DNA of 64,000 nucleotides from an uncultured Candidatus Saccharibacteria bacterium (GCA_964560525.1 CAZLLO010000004.1:530-64529); one strand, 5' to 3'. Numbered from the stretch's first letter, positions 1 through 9,848 are shown. Translations and numbers: made by a program. The notes: generated from the letters alone by a model not told the origin.

Positions 1-1318
1 TTTTACAATATCTTGTATATTTCCAGCATTCTGTGAAGCACTTTTTTCAAACATATCTAATTCATCTGAGATGTCTTTGTTGTTTGAAATACAATCTTTT
101 AGCATTTCTTCAGCCTTTCCTTTAGTAATCTTTCCTTCTTTAAATTTCATAATTAATAATGAAAGATCATTCATATCAATCTCTTTTTCACCTTCTAATG
201 CAAATACCGTTCCCATCAACCAGTTAGCCGCTTCTTGTGCTGCTATTTTCGGTTCTAATTTTTCTGAGAGTAGGGTTTGTAATTTCTCAAAGTAGGAAGC
301 ATCTTTTCTGGAAGCAGATATGACCTCTGCCGCATACTGAGAAATACTCCAATCATTCATATATCGGGTTATCTTCTCATGTGGTAGTTCCACTAACTCA
401 GACTTTACTCTTTCAATATCTTCATTAGAGACCTCAATCACTGGAATATCTGGTTCTGGCATATATCTGTAATCGTCTGCGGTTTCTTTGGATCTTTGGA
501 ACTCTGTTACATTCTTGTTTGCATTCCAACCTCTAGTTTGCTGTATTGGTTTCTTACCTTCTTCAAGTTCTTTGGTTAATCTTTCTACTTCAAATTCAAT
601 AGCTTTTTCTACGGCTGTGATTGATCCAATGTTCTTTACTTCTACCTTTGGATTTAATTCATAGTCTCCAATTGGTAATATTTTCCCATCTTTCTCTTCC
701 CATCTTCCTTTTTCCTGTATAGAGATATTGGGTTCGCATCTCATCTGTCCTTTCTCCATGTCTGCGTCAGAGATATCCAAATATCTCGCAATCTGCCTTA
801 TCTGTGTTGCAAAGTCCTTCGCATCTCTAGCATTCCTAATACATGGTTTTGTAACAATCTCAATTAGTGGAACTCCTGATTTATTGTAATCAATTAGGGA
901 GTAATCATTTTCAGAAGTTGAAGTGTGATGTGTTGATTTTGCTACATCTTCTTCTTGGTGGATTCTTTCAATTTTTACTTCAAAGCCATTTGGTAATGTA
1001 ACTGATCCGTTAGAACAGATTGGATTCTTGTACTGGCTAATCTGGTAGCCTTTTGGTAAGTCTGGGTAGAAGTAATGTTTTCGATCAAAATATATTTCAT
1101 TTGCAATGGTACAGTTAGTAGCCAATCCCATGAGCATACACAATTCAATGGCTCGTTTGTTTGGAACTGGTAGTGCACCTGGTAACCCCATACATACTGG
1201 GCATACATGGGAGTTAGGTTCTTTCTGGAAGTATCCAGTAGGGCATGTGCAGAACATCTTGGATTTGGTTTTGGTCTGTACATGTATTTCTAGACCGATT
1301 ATTGTGTCATATTCCATA
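1..1318 (-). CDS. gatB: Asp-tRNA(Asn)/Glu-tRNA(Gln) amidotransferase subunit B, truncated at window edge (C-terminal ~35 aa missing)
   Basis: Minus-strand frame is open from the ATG at 1318 to position 1. Translation starts MEYDTIIGLEIHVQTKTKSKMFC and continues with GatB-like blocks (PVCMGLPGALPV, FDRKHYFYPDLPKGYQISQY). It is absent from the ORF track only because no stop lies inside the window. Confidence 0.85.
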
Positions 1319-1337
1319 GTCAGTAATGTTACCAGCT

Positions 1338-2417
1338 TTATACAATTTCATCAAGGAAAATATCGTCTTTAGAGGGTTCTTTTGCAGAGATATAGTATGT
1401 TCCTCTCCCTTTGCCTTTGGCTTTGATGTATCCCTTTTCTACCATATCCTGAAGATCTCTGTATGAGGTCATAAAGGAGATTCCCATCATTTTGGTATAT
1501 TTGTTCCTCGTTACCTTGAAGTTTACAGCGATATAGTCAAGGAGTTTAATCTGTCGTGGATTTAGTAATACTTCTATGGCTCCTTGATTTCTTACTTTTT
1601 TAATATGTACATCCTTGTATTCTTTGGATACCTCTATAACTGTGTAAGAGAGAGAGTAAAGAAATGCTTCTAAGAACATAGTCATATCATGTTTGCCCTT
1701 TGAAAGCTTGAATGCAGAGGTTAAGTCCTCGCCAATGTATTCTAATGCTCTGAAATATGGGAATATATTGTCTGGATTGTAGCCATATGTTTTTGCAAGT
1801 ATTTCTAATGTAAGTATGGCTGTTGCTTGGTTACCTGCGAGGAAGGGTGCTTTGTCTATGAATTCATACAGTAGTATTCCTAGTTTTATGAGAAAGTGGT
1901 TATGATCTTTTCCATTTTTTACCCAATCAAACAAATCATTGAAGTAATCTCCTGGGTCAATGTTTGGGTAAAAATCTCTGTACTTGTACCATGTATCATA
2001 TATTTCATTTGGTTTTTCACTAAATCCTCTTAATTTTGCTAGATCCCAATCGTCTGCTATGTTCTTCATTAGAAGTTTGTTGATATGTGTACTTAATTCT
2101 ATTGATGGTTTTAATGCATTTGTAGGTCCATATGAGTTGATGAAATCTTTTACATTTCTAAAGTTTGTGAATATCTTTAAATTTTTTCTTTGTGATGGTT
2201 GTTCTTGTCCTCTTTGTATTTGTAATGCTTTATTATATCCTAATGGATTTCCGATCAGTTCTCCTAGTTTCTCTGTATCCTCTGCATCGTATTTCTCTTG
2301 TATTATGGATTTGTATTTTTCTGGTAATGGATAGTGGGTAATGTCTGCTACTGCTAACTCATATTTGATGAGGTAATTGAGTATGAGGCTTGTTATTGTG
2401 TATTGTGGTGTCTTCAT
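1338..2417 (-). CDS. Fic/DOC-family protein with degenerate Fic motif and C-terminal winged-helix-like domain
   Basis: Fic-like core in which the canonical HPFx[DE]GNGRxxR position reads APFLAGNQATAI. A C-terminal wHTH-like segment (KLLDYIAVNFKVTRNKY...DLQDMVEKGYIKAKGKGRGTYY) is typical of long Fic proteins. Start placed at ATG 2417 (MKTPQY...) because the longer ORF to 2495 would overlap tRNA-Thr. Confidence 0.55.
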   Translation of the reverse strand: MKTPQYTITSLILNYLIKYELAVADITHYPLPEKYKSIIQEKYDAEDTEKLGELIGNPLGYNKALQIQRGQEQPSQRKNLKIFTNFRNVKDFINSYGPTNALKPSIELSTHINKLLMKNIADDWDLAKLRGFSEKPNEIYDTWYKYRDFYPNIDPGDYFNDLFDWVKNGKDHNHFLIKLGILLYEFIDKAPFLAGNQATAILTLEILAKTYGYNPDNIFPYFRALEYIGEDLTSAFKLSKGKHDMTMFLEAFLYSLSYTVIEVSKEYKDVHIKKVRNQGAIEVLLNPRQIKLLDYIAVNFKVTRNKYTKMMGISFMTSYRDLQDMVEKGYIKAKGKGRGTYYISAKEPSKDDIFLDEIV

Positions 2418-2437
2418 TTGTGTATATATATTTAACA

Positions 2438-2510
2438 AGCTAATGGGTGGCCTCGAACCACCGACCTTTCCCTTACGAAGGGATTGCTCTACCAACTGAG
2501 CTACATCAGC
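2438..2510 (-). tRNA. tRNA-Thr (anticodon CGT)
   Basis: Reverse complement GCTGATGTAGCTCAGTTGGTAGAGCAATCCCTTCGTAAGGGAAAGGTCGGTGGTTCGAGGCCACCCATTAGCT folds as a cloverleaf: 7-bp acceptor (one GU), D-stem GCTC/GAGC, anticodon loop TTCGTAA, T-arm GGTGG-TTCGAGG-CCACC. Very similar to E. coli tRNA-Thr. No encoded CCA. Confidence 0.85.
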
Positions 2511-2585
2511 TTAATGTAACGATATTGTAACAAAGAGGATGGGTAATGACAAGAAAAACGATGGGAAATTTTTATATTTGTTACC

Positions 2586-2620
2586 GTTCCTCTGCGATTG
2601 TTTGTGAACCGCAGAGGAAC
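2586..2620. terminator. Perfect 11-bp inverted repeat (GTTCCTCTGCG / CGCAGAGGAAC) with 13-nt loop downstream of the 2650..3411 gene; candidate terminator or stem-loop
   Basis: Inverted repeat read directly. Flanking T-tract is weak, so terminator function is uncertain. Confidence 0.35.
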
Positions 2621-2649
2621 ACTTACTGATTTATATTTCTTTACAATTT

Positions 2650-3411
2650 CTAGTTGTTTTGTAGTCGGATTCTTCGTGGAATTTCTTTTCCTGATATAAG
2701 GAAGAGATCTGGCTTTTGTGATACCAAGGCGGATTGGAATGGATTACCATCCTGATCGAGAATGGATGCTACAATCCGATTGTCTGGATTGTATACAATT
2801 TCTCGGAGGCATTTACATGCACTTTTGGGTTGTTCCCAAAGGATGCAAGGATCGCCTGCGTCGTAACGAATCCAGAATTTTTGGGGTTGAAAATCTTTTT
2901 GCATTGGAAGACCATTGAAAAGGTCGTCCTTTTGCTTTGTGGTTATTATCCAACATTCTTTGCTGAACTTGCCATCTTCTTGGTTGAAATGCCCAATGGC
3001 AATCTCATCAGGATAGAGAATCACAAGCTTTTCTGGTGCAGGAGTTGGCTTGATTTTCTGTTTAAGCAACTCTTTTTCCAAGGTTGGATACCTCTTCACA
3101 TCCTCAATTCTCGCCATTGTAGAGAGTGGTTTGCCCATTTCTAATGGTCTAGAATAGAGGAGCTTCTTAGCGGTACCAAGACCTTTTTTGTAGTCCTCAA
3201 CAATGATGAACCCATAACCCTGGAAAATTAGTTGGGTTGTAGTTCCATCTTGAGAAGCCTCAAAAAATGGCTCTTCACTTGTCAAATTACTGTGCAAAAT
3301 GCTAATTTCATCCCCTCCAGCTACTTTCAGTAGCCTAATGTGTTTCCCGTACCAACAGCACTTCCCAATTTGTAACATTATCCCTCCATATGCGATGTTG
3401 TACTCATCCAA
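2650..3411 (-). CDS. Hypothetical protein (253 aa), orphan gene between tRNA-Thr and tRNA-Gly
   Basis: Long clean ORF with no recognisable family motif. Antisense plus-strand ORFs 2718..3144 are judged spurious. Confidence 0.5.
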   Translation of the reverse strand: MDEYNIAYGGIMLQIGKCCWYGKHIRLLKVAGGDEISILHSNLTSEEPFFEASQDGTTTQLIFQGYGFIIVEDYKKGLGTAKKLLYSRPLEMGKPLSTMARIEDVKRYPTLEKELLKQKIKPTPAPEKLVILYPDEIAIGHFNQEDGKFSKECWIITTKQKDDLFNGLPMQKDFQPQKFWIRYDAGDPCILWEQPKSACKCLREIVYNPDNRIVASILDQDGNPFQSALVSQKPDLFLISGKEIPRRIRLQNN

Positions 3412-3574
3412 GATATTGCTATGAATGGCTATATACCAATTAATATAATTAGCATAGAGCCATCCATAGTTACTAGAAATTGTTAAAGATCAAGCTATTA
3501 AAAATAGAATATTATGAAATAGCTAGTCAGTACAAGGATTATATCACTAGTAAGGGCTTGAAACTATAGGGGTA

Positions 3575-3650
3575 TGGAGCGAGAGACGGGACTCGAACCC
3601 GCGACATTCTCCTTGGGAAGGAGACATTCTACCAATTGAATTACTCTCGC
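3575..3650 (-). tRNA. tRNA-Gly (anticodon CCC), CCA encoded
   Basis: Reverse complement GCGAGAGTAATTCAATTGGTAGAATGTCTCCTTCCCAAGGAGAATGTCGCGGGTTCGAGTCCCGTCTCTCGCTCCA: acceptor GCGAGAG/CTCTCGC, anticodon stem TCTCC/GGAGA, loop TTCCCAA, T-arm GCGGG-TTCGAGT-CCCGT. Confidence 0.85.
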
Positions 3651-3670
3651 ATATTATTGTTATTCTACAA

Positions 3671-3703
3671 ATAAAAAGGGACTATTTCTAGTCCCTTTAT
3701 TAA
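3671..3703. terminator. Rho-independent terminator (bidirectional); terminates ytxH-like gene on minus strand
   Basis: Stem AAGGGACT (3676-3683) / AGTCCCTT (3690-3697), 6-nt loop, A-run before and T-run after, so a U-tract follows the hairpin on both strands. Confidence 0.6.
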
Positions 3704-3722
3704 ATCAATACCAATCTATTAG

Positions 3723-4091
3723 TTATTTGTTAAATTCTGTTTTAACAATTTCCCAATCACCTCTTAATTGTGTTCCTAATTTCTTAGCAACCTCTGCTGT
3801 AACAGTTCCATCCTTTTTTATCTCCTCAACCACCTCTGTTACTAATCCCATATATTTAGATTCATCTATCTTGTCTCCTGCCTTTTTAAGTGCATCTAAC
3901 TTTTTCTCTAATGTCTTCTTAGTAACAGCATACATATCCATAGCTTTCTCTTGATATTCCTTAGCTAGTTTCTTCAGATCTTCTTGTGTTTCTTTACCAG
4001 ACTTAGGTGCTAAAAGAATACCTGCTGCAGCTCCAGCTATAGCTCCAAGAAATAGTCCTTTCAAAAATGAAAATGCTTTGTCTCCGTTCAT
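3723..4091 (-). CDS. YtxH-like (DUF948) small membrane/stress protein
   Basis: N-terminal hydrophobic helix (FLGAIAGAAAGILLAPKSGKETQEDL), then a charged coiled-coil-like region; matches the YtxH pattern. Confidence 0.5.
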   Translation of the reverse strand: MNGDKAFSFLKGLFLGAIAGAAAGILLAPKSGKETQEDLKKLAKEYQEKAMDMYAVTKKTLEKKLDALKKAGDKIDESKYMGLVTEVVEEIKKDGTVTAEVAKKLGTQLRGDWEIVKTEFNK

Positions 4092-4349
4092 ATGTTTATA
4101 TCTTTAAATTATATATATCTACATATTAGAACAAGGAGGAGAAAATAGCTACTTCTGTCTGGTCATCTTAATTATGAGGTATGCTACAACGATTAGTAAG
4201 AGAGGAGTTATAACTGCGATTAAAATTGTTCCTAGTGACGATATGTTCATACTCATAATGCTATCATATCTTTGTACAAACAGAAATATTAAGATTGCGA
4301 AGGTGAAGTTTTTTTTGTACGATTTAGGAAATAATTAAAAACAAATGTT

Positions 4350-6299
4350 ATGAAAATACCCAAACTTTCTCGAAAGGCTATTGTTATTATTTGCTCATTA
4401 ATAGGTGTTTTACTGTTTACGGGGATAACAATCCTCCTGTACCCTCAGTTAACATATATTGCCTCAAAAGTAGAAACGGTAATTAATAATGTGGCAGATA
4501 AGGATAAAACAGAGGAAGAAGATCTAAATGCAGATTCTGACACTGATACAAAAGAGCCATCATCATTGGGAGGATACGAGGAAAACATTGTCTTTGAATC
4601 TGATGACGCATATGACTTGGTTCTTAATCCTAACGGACATTTAACCAAGGTAACTCCACCTGTTTCCATTTTTGTAAAATCTGACTCCAGTAAAGACATC
4701 TATGATCCAGATGAGAGGGTGACATGCTATGAAGCAGGTACTATTTCTGGAACTCTAAAAAGCGAAGGGCAGACTATTACCGTAAAATCAGGAACAAAGT
4801 ACTACGCAGCCTCATTTATGGTATATAATTCTCCTTCTGTGCTTTTTGGCCCTTATGAAACCGAAGGGTGGTTTCCATTTGGTGGTATTGTTAGATATTT
4901 CATTAATGATGGGAAGGTATACATTATAAATGATGATGATTTCTTTAGTGCTGCTACAATTTCAGGGATAGGAGAAATTGCAGAGATAGTTCCTGATACG
5001 AATAAAGATGACGATATGGATGATAGTTATGAAATCCATGAAAAAAGTATCCTAGAAAAGAATGTTGTTGTACTTGCCCCAGATGTAAGAAATCCAATTG
5101 ATGATAGTACATATTCTATAAAAGTTTCGAGTGATGATCCTGCTGTATTTAGCTATTATTTCTTTACTTCTACAAAAGGTGGAGAGTTTATCTTCTACGA
5201 TTACAATATCTCTGTTACTCCAGCCCAATCTCTATCGGGATATACAGAGGTAGATAGTTATAATGGATTAAAGATATATCAAAATAGTAAGAAGGGTTTT
5301 AGAATTGTTGATAGAGAGGGTTTCTTGCAGGAAATTTCATATGAGGCCCCTTTTTCTTCATCTGAAGAAGTAACATTTAACTGGTTAGATGGAACTACTT
5401 CTAGTGGTACATATTTTTCTTCATATGGGACTTGCGAGTCTATGAATGATGCAACTGAGGGATATGTATTTGAAGATGTCCCAGAATCTGAGCTTAAGAA
5501 AATTGGTGTTGCCGAGAATACTGATTTGTATGAGAAGAAGAGTTTTGCCACAGATGCATTCACTAAAAAGATGTACAAAGAAGACTATCTCGGTTCAGAA
5601 TATTGGAAATACAATGAAATATCCGATGATGATGCTAAGGCTCTGACATATGATGAATATCTCTCATATCATCCAGTAATATATGTTAAAGATATATATG
5701 GTGAATATATTAGATATACAAACAGCGATTTCTTTGCAGTTGGTGGATGTGCCAAGCCAGCTATATATTTGTATCCTCAGAAAACAACAGAAATATCGGT
5801 AAAAGTCATACCAAATGGTAAATTAACTTTCACATATCCCAAATATGGAAACGGTTGGAATGTTGTTGCATACAAGGATGGGAAAATTGTAAACAAAGCG
5901 GATGGAAGAACTTACAACTATCTCTGGTGGGATTCATATACTTACAAATTAAATGTTCCTGCCAAGGGTTTTGTAATTGAAAAGTCACAGATAGCAGAAT
6001 TTCTGAATGAAAAACTCTCAGCTATGAATCTTAACGAAAGTGAGAAAGCAGAATTTAAGGCATACTGGATTCCAAAGATTCAATATGAAGATTCTGAATA
6101 TATCTTCGTTACATTCTTGTTCAATGATGAAGTTAACCAAGTTGCAAAATTAGAAGTTGATCCAAAGCCAGAAAGTAGCTTCCGTGTATTTATGCTTTAC
6201 AAACCTGTTGATGATGGATATTTTGCAGAACCTCTAGATCTTAAAAATGTAAGCAGAACAGGATATATGCTTGTAGAGTGGGGAGGTGCTAAACTCTAA
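4350..6299 (+). CDS. Hypothetical membrane-anchored extracytoplasmic protein (649 aa)
   Basis: N-terminal TM/signal anchor (AIVIICSLIGVLLFTGITILLY), acidic linker, large extracellular portion with no recognised catalytic motif. Confidence 0.55.
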   Translation: MKIPKLSRKAIVIICSLIGVLLFTGITILLYPQLTYIASKVETVINNVADKDKTEEEDLNADSDTDTKEPSSLGGYEENIVFESDDAYDLVLNPNGHLTKVTPPVSIFVKSDSSKDIYDPDERVTCYEAGTISGTLKSEGQTITVKSGTKYYAASFMVYNSPSVLFGPYETEGWFPFGGIVRYFINDGKVYIINDDDFFSAATISGIGEIAEIVPDTNKDDDMDDSYEIHEKSILEKNVVVLAPDVRNPIDDSTYSIKVSSDDPAVFSYYFFTSTKGGEFIFYDYNISVTPAQSLSGYTEVDSYNGLKIYQNSKKGFRIVDREGFLQEISYEAPFSSSEEVTFNWLDGTTSSGTYFSSYGTCESMNDATEGYVFEDVPESELKKIGVAENTDLYEKKSFATDAFTKKMYKEDYLGSEYWKYNEISDDDAKALTYDEYLSYHPVIYVKDIYGEYIRYTNSDFFAVGGCAKPAIYLYPQKTTEISVKVIPNGKLTFTYPKYGNGWNVVAYKDGKIVNKADGRTYNYLWWDSYTYKLNVPAKGFVIEKSQIAEFLNEKLSAMNLNESEKAEFKAYWIPKIQYEDSEYIFVTFLFNDEVNQVAKLEVDPKPESSFRVFMLYKPVDDGYFAEPLDLKNVSRTGYMLVEWGGAKL

Positions 6300-6927
6300 T
6301 ATGATATATCCAACATTAGATTTAGAAAAGACACTCTGGAAGAAAGGCTTTAAATTTGTAGCAGGACTAGATGAGGCAGGACGAGGTCCACTTGCAGGTC
6401 CTGTTGTAGCAGGATGCGTATGTATTACTTCTCCAGAGCAAGCAATAGAAAGTGTTAGAGATAGTAAGAAGATGACAGAGAAACAAAGGAATGAAGCATA
6501 TGATTTGATAATTCAAAAATCTAGTGGGTATGGTATAGGAGTTGTTGATGCTAAGCGGATAGACAAGATTGGTATAAGACATGCAGTGTTGGAGGCTATG
6601 ACAAAGGCAGTGGAGGAAACAGAGAAGATGCTAAAACAAAGAATAGACTATATCATTGCAGACGGTGGAATCTATCTCATTGAGGACTACAATATGGAAA
6701 GTATTAACAAAGGAGATCTTAATCATTATTCCATTGCTGCGGGATCTGTACTTGCCAAGGTTACAAGAGATAGAATAATGAACCAATACGCAAATAAATT
6801 TCCTCAATATGGGTTTGAAAGACATGTCGGATATGGTACTAAACTACATATGGAAATGATAAGGAAATATGGGCCATGTGAGATACACAGGATGAGTTTC
6901 GCACCACTTAACAAGATGGCCGTTTGA
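6286..6927 (+). CDS. rnhB: Ribonuclease HII
   Basis: GLDEAGRGPLAGPVVAGCV motif and downstream RNase HII blocks. The alternative start at 6301 (MIYPT...) would sit just after the upstream stop. Confidence 0.85.
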   Translation: MLNSNMIYPTLDLEKTLWKKGFKFVAGLDEAGRGPLAGPVVAGCVCITSPEQAIESVRDSKKMTEKQRNEAYDLIIQKSSGYGIGVVDAKRIDKIGIRHAVLEAMTKAVEETEKMLKQRIDYIIADGGIYLIEDYNMESINKGDLNHYSIAAGSVLAKVTRDRIMNQYANKFPQYGFERHVGYGTKLHMEMIRKYGPCEIHRMSFAPLNKMAV

Positions 6928-7457
6928 CATGTATTATAGGGTGGAGTAAGCTTTATTCATACAATATTTTAATACAAATATTTATGACTCATGACCTTAC
7001 TGATCCTGATGCCCAGAAGAAAATAATTGATTGCCTGGAAGGTTATAAAGATTGGTATGACTTTGAACAATTACATACCTTTAACATAGGACAAAAAGAA
7101 GATCTTCATCTAGAAGAAATTTTTCAATGTTTAGGATTCTTTGGCTCTGATAATCATGTAAATCCTGAAAAAGATGGTATATTCTTCTCTATAAATGTCG
7201 ACGAGGAACCAAGTCTATACTACAAAAGAAATGCCAATACCATCAAAAATCCTATTGCTGCAACTATGAATGATAATCCTAAAATTGGAATTATTCTTAA
7301 TAGATATACAAATAAACTTGATTATTTCATTTGGGGTGGCTATGTATCTGGAGGAATTATTCGTTCAGACATAGATGGGAGTTCTAATAGAGGTAAATAT
7401 ATAGAGCTTGCAAATTGTTTAGTTGATATAGCCGAAAGACAAGTAGCTGTAGCCTAA
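6924..7457 (+). CDS. Hypothetical protein (177 aa; possibly starting at Met 6984)
   Basis: ORF with ATGA-type overlap to the rnhB stop. No recognisable motif. Confidence 0.45.
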   Translation: MTCIIGWSKLYSYNILIQIFMTHDLTDPDAQKKIIDCLEGYKDWYDFEQLHTFNIGQKEDLHLEEIFQCLGFFGSDNHVNPEKDGIFFSINVDEEPSLYYKRNANTIKNPIAATMNDNPKIGIILNRYTNKLDYFIWGGYVSGGIIRSDIDGSSNRGKYIELANCLVDIAERQVAVA

Positions 7458-7476
7458 TTTCTAATAACATCTTAAT

Positions 7477-8451
7477 ATGGTAAGCAGTTCAACTCTTGAG
7501 TTACAAAATGATAATAGGGGAATAGTAGAAGAGCTTGCAGAAGAAGTGCCTAATAATACTGTTATAATATACTCTTTTAATGAGCTCCGAGAAAGAGAGA
7601 CTTCTATGAGGGATGTCTCTGATTCACTTGTGAGTATGAATGTTTACGAACAGAATGAAGAAATCGATTGGAATAATATGTCGATTCTTCTTTCGAAAGA
7701 TTCTGAATTTGGTTTACGATTATTGCTATTAAACAAAAAGATTGCAGAAGATGAGGTATTGGCTTCTCACTTAAAGGATCAGCAAGATCTTTTTTATCTT
7801 GGATTGCAGCTTGATACTGAAGGGAATAGCTTTTTTGTTGTTTCAAATAGCGTAGATCCAGAATTTCGTTTAGTAGAAGAAAATATGACAGTTGCACAGC
7901 ATTCTTTTGTCGCAGCATTGATGTTTTCGGTTCTGACGAGTTCGTACAATGATTTTGACGAAGATGGAGAAAAAGTTCTTAGAACGAAAGAGAAAGATAC
8001 AAAGAAAAGATATGAAAGAGAAATAGGAAGAGGAGTTAAAGAGTTGTTAAAAGAAAGCCCTGTTATCAAAACAAATTTTGATAAGAAAAAGGTAAATTCT
8101 TCCGATCTTAGTGGATATCTGATTAAAGAATCTTTAGCGAAATTGGGATTTTCAAGAGAAGAGTTAGATTCTTTAAAAGCAAAAATATGTGCCTATCATA
8201 ACCTGAATGGTGAGTTTGGATTGTTCTTTGTGGAGAAAGGGTCTGATGAAAATGATATTGTTGGTTCACAGAAGATGCATTGTGGTATTACAATATCTCC
8301 TAATGGGAAATTTAAGTTCTATATCTCTAAAGGTACTAAGGATAGTGAACAAATAATTCTGGGTAAGGATGCGGATTTAAAGTATTTTGAGTTTGTTAAT
8401 AGGCTTCTCTTTTACATTAGATGTTTAAATAACGGTAGGTATTGTCAATAA
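7477..8451 (+). CDS. Hypothetical protein (324 aa)
   Basis: Clean ORF 20 nt downstream of the previous gene. No recognisable motif. Confidence 0.5.
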   Translation: MVSSSTLELQNDNRGIVEELAEEVPNNTVIIYSFNELRERETSMRDVSDSLVSMNVYEQNEEIDWNNMSILLSKDSEFGLRLLLLNKKIAEDEVLASHLKDQQDLFYLGLQLDTEGNSFFVVSNSVDPEFRLVEENMTVAQHSFVAALMFSVLTSSYNDFDEDGEKVLRTKEKDTKKRYEREIGRGVKELLKESPVIKTNFDKKKVNSSDLSGYLIKESLAKLGFSREELDSLKAKICAYHNLNGEFGLFFVEKGSDENDIVGSQKMHCGITISPNGKFKFYISKGTKDSEQIILGKDADLKYFEFVNRLLFYIRCLNNGRYCQ

Positions 8452-8498
8452 TTAATATCAAGGATATAATCTTCTCTGTTATTCATGTATTTATACAT

Positions 8499-8572
8499 GG
8501 GCCGCTAGCTCATCCGGTTAGAGCAACTGCCTTTTAAGCAGTAGGTGCTGGGTCCGAGTCCCAGGCGGCTCA
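8499..8572 (+). tRNA. tRNA-Lys (anticodon TTT)
   Basis: GGGCCGCTAGCTCATCCGGTTAGAGCAACTGCCTTTTAAGCAGTAGGTGCTGGGTCCGAGTCCCAGGCGGCTCA: acceptor GGGCCGC/GCGGCTC (one GU), D-stem GCTC/GAGC, anticodon stem ACTGC/GCAGT, loop CTTTTAA, T-arm CTGGG-TCCGAGT-CCCAG. Confidence 0.85.
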
Positions 8573-8810
8573 AATTCTGAGACATTTCCAAGGACGATGT
8601 AGTCTTTTACCTCCTCAGAATTCTGATTTTATGTTCTTTTGTAGTGATAAGAAAAAGATAGCCTTTGATATTGTTCCCTCCTCCAAAAAGTCTCTGAAAC
8701 AAACCCAAGAATTACAAATAGACCTGGATTCTCGAGAAATAAAGAATATATAGAGGAATATTTGAGACCTGAGGATGATTAAAACTTGGTTATAATCTGG
8801 AACAAAAACA

Positions 8811-9848
8811 TCATCTTAATCTTATTTGCATACATAGATCAATGTAGTATCTCCCATTCTCATTATAAATAGTTCCAAATTCGTGCCTCGATGTGCTAGG
8901 AGTATCAAAATAAGAGTTGCTAAGTAAAAATTGTAACAGATCAAGATTATTGTATACATAAAAACCTAGGATATCACCAGAGGAGACTACGACTAGAAGA
9001 CCGTTCGCAATATTCAGTAAGTTCCATTCGATAGAGGGCATCATTCCCTTTAGAATTGCTTCAAGAAATTGACCTGCTTTCCGTTCAGAATCAAGTAGGA
9101 TTAAATCATTAAGATGTCTAGATAGATTCTTTTCTCCGTTCATATATGCGTCCAAGAGGGATTCTGCAAGGAATTTAGGGAATAGAGTATCAATTTTCCT
9201 AAGGTTAGATTCAAAAACAGGAGATTTGCAGCTTTCATAAGATATTCCTGAATCAATGGCTCTTATAGCTCGGAGCCTTTTGGTTACATCAATGCTCTCC
9301 GAGGCGGTGGTAATTTTATTGATAGCCTGGACCTGTTCCTCTGTTATATTTTCTATTTGATATCTTATTTTTGTTTGTCCTGATGCGTTTAATAGGGTAG
9401 GTTTCCCAGAGAGAAAAGATTTGACACTGAAGAAATCACTGACAATTGTACTTAACTTAGGATCTTTTAAGGTTAATTTCAGATCGCCTTTTACGTGGGA
9501 ACTTGACTTGATTCCTCCACCAAAATATCTATCAGAGAATTCGTTTGCACTGTTTACAGAAAAGGTTGTACTACTCTCCTCTAATATCGCTTTTAGAATA
9601 TCATTTTTTACTTTCTCAATTAGTACCCTATCTATTTCTTCTGTGTGTCCGCTATGACTTATTGATATTGGTGAACCGTCCTCTAATTCGAAGTTTGTAA
9701 GCTCGTCTGCAGATGAGACTTTCTTTACGATATATTTTAACTCTTCTCTTGGTTTGAGACAGCTGTTGGCGCCATAGAAATAGCCGTCTAACAATAGCTT
9801 TAGCATCGTGTATAGCTCTGACCATTCACCTCTATTTGCTGTTATCAT
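8811..9848 (-). CDS. Putative type II restriction endonuclease (partner of the adjacent C5-methyltransferase)
   Basis: 345-aa ORF whose start overlaps the stop of the m5C methyltransferase gene, the classic M-R operon arrangement. No family motif recognised by eye, so the call rests on context. Confidence 0.45.
   Translation of the reverse strand: MITANRGEWSELYTMLKLLLDGYFYGANSCLKPREELKYIVKKVSSADELTNFELEDGSPISISHSGHTEEIDRVLIEKVKNDILKAILEESSTTFSVNSANEFSDRYFGGGIKSSSHVKGDLKLTLKDPKLSTIVSDFFSVKSFLSGKPTLLNASGQTKIRYQIENITEEQVQAINKITTASESIDVTKRLRAIRAIDSGISYESCKSPVFESNLRKIDTLFPKFLAESLLDAYMNGEKNLSRHLNDLILLDSERKAGQFLEAILKGMMPSIEWNLLNIANGLLVVVSSGDILGFYVYNNLDLLQFLLSNSYFDTPSTSRHEFGTIYNENGRYYIDLCMQIRLR

Noticed and set aside
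2418-2495. N-terminal extension of the Fic-like ORF (track start 2495, MVEQSLRKGKVGGSRPPISLL...)
   Set aside because: It would be translated straight through tRNA-Thr (2438-2510). The internal ATG at 2417 gives a sensible start.
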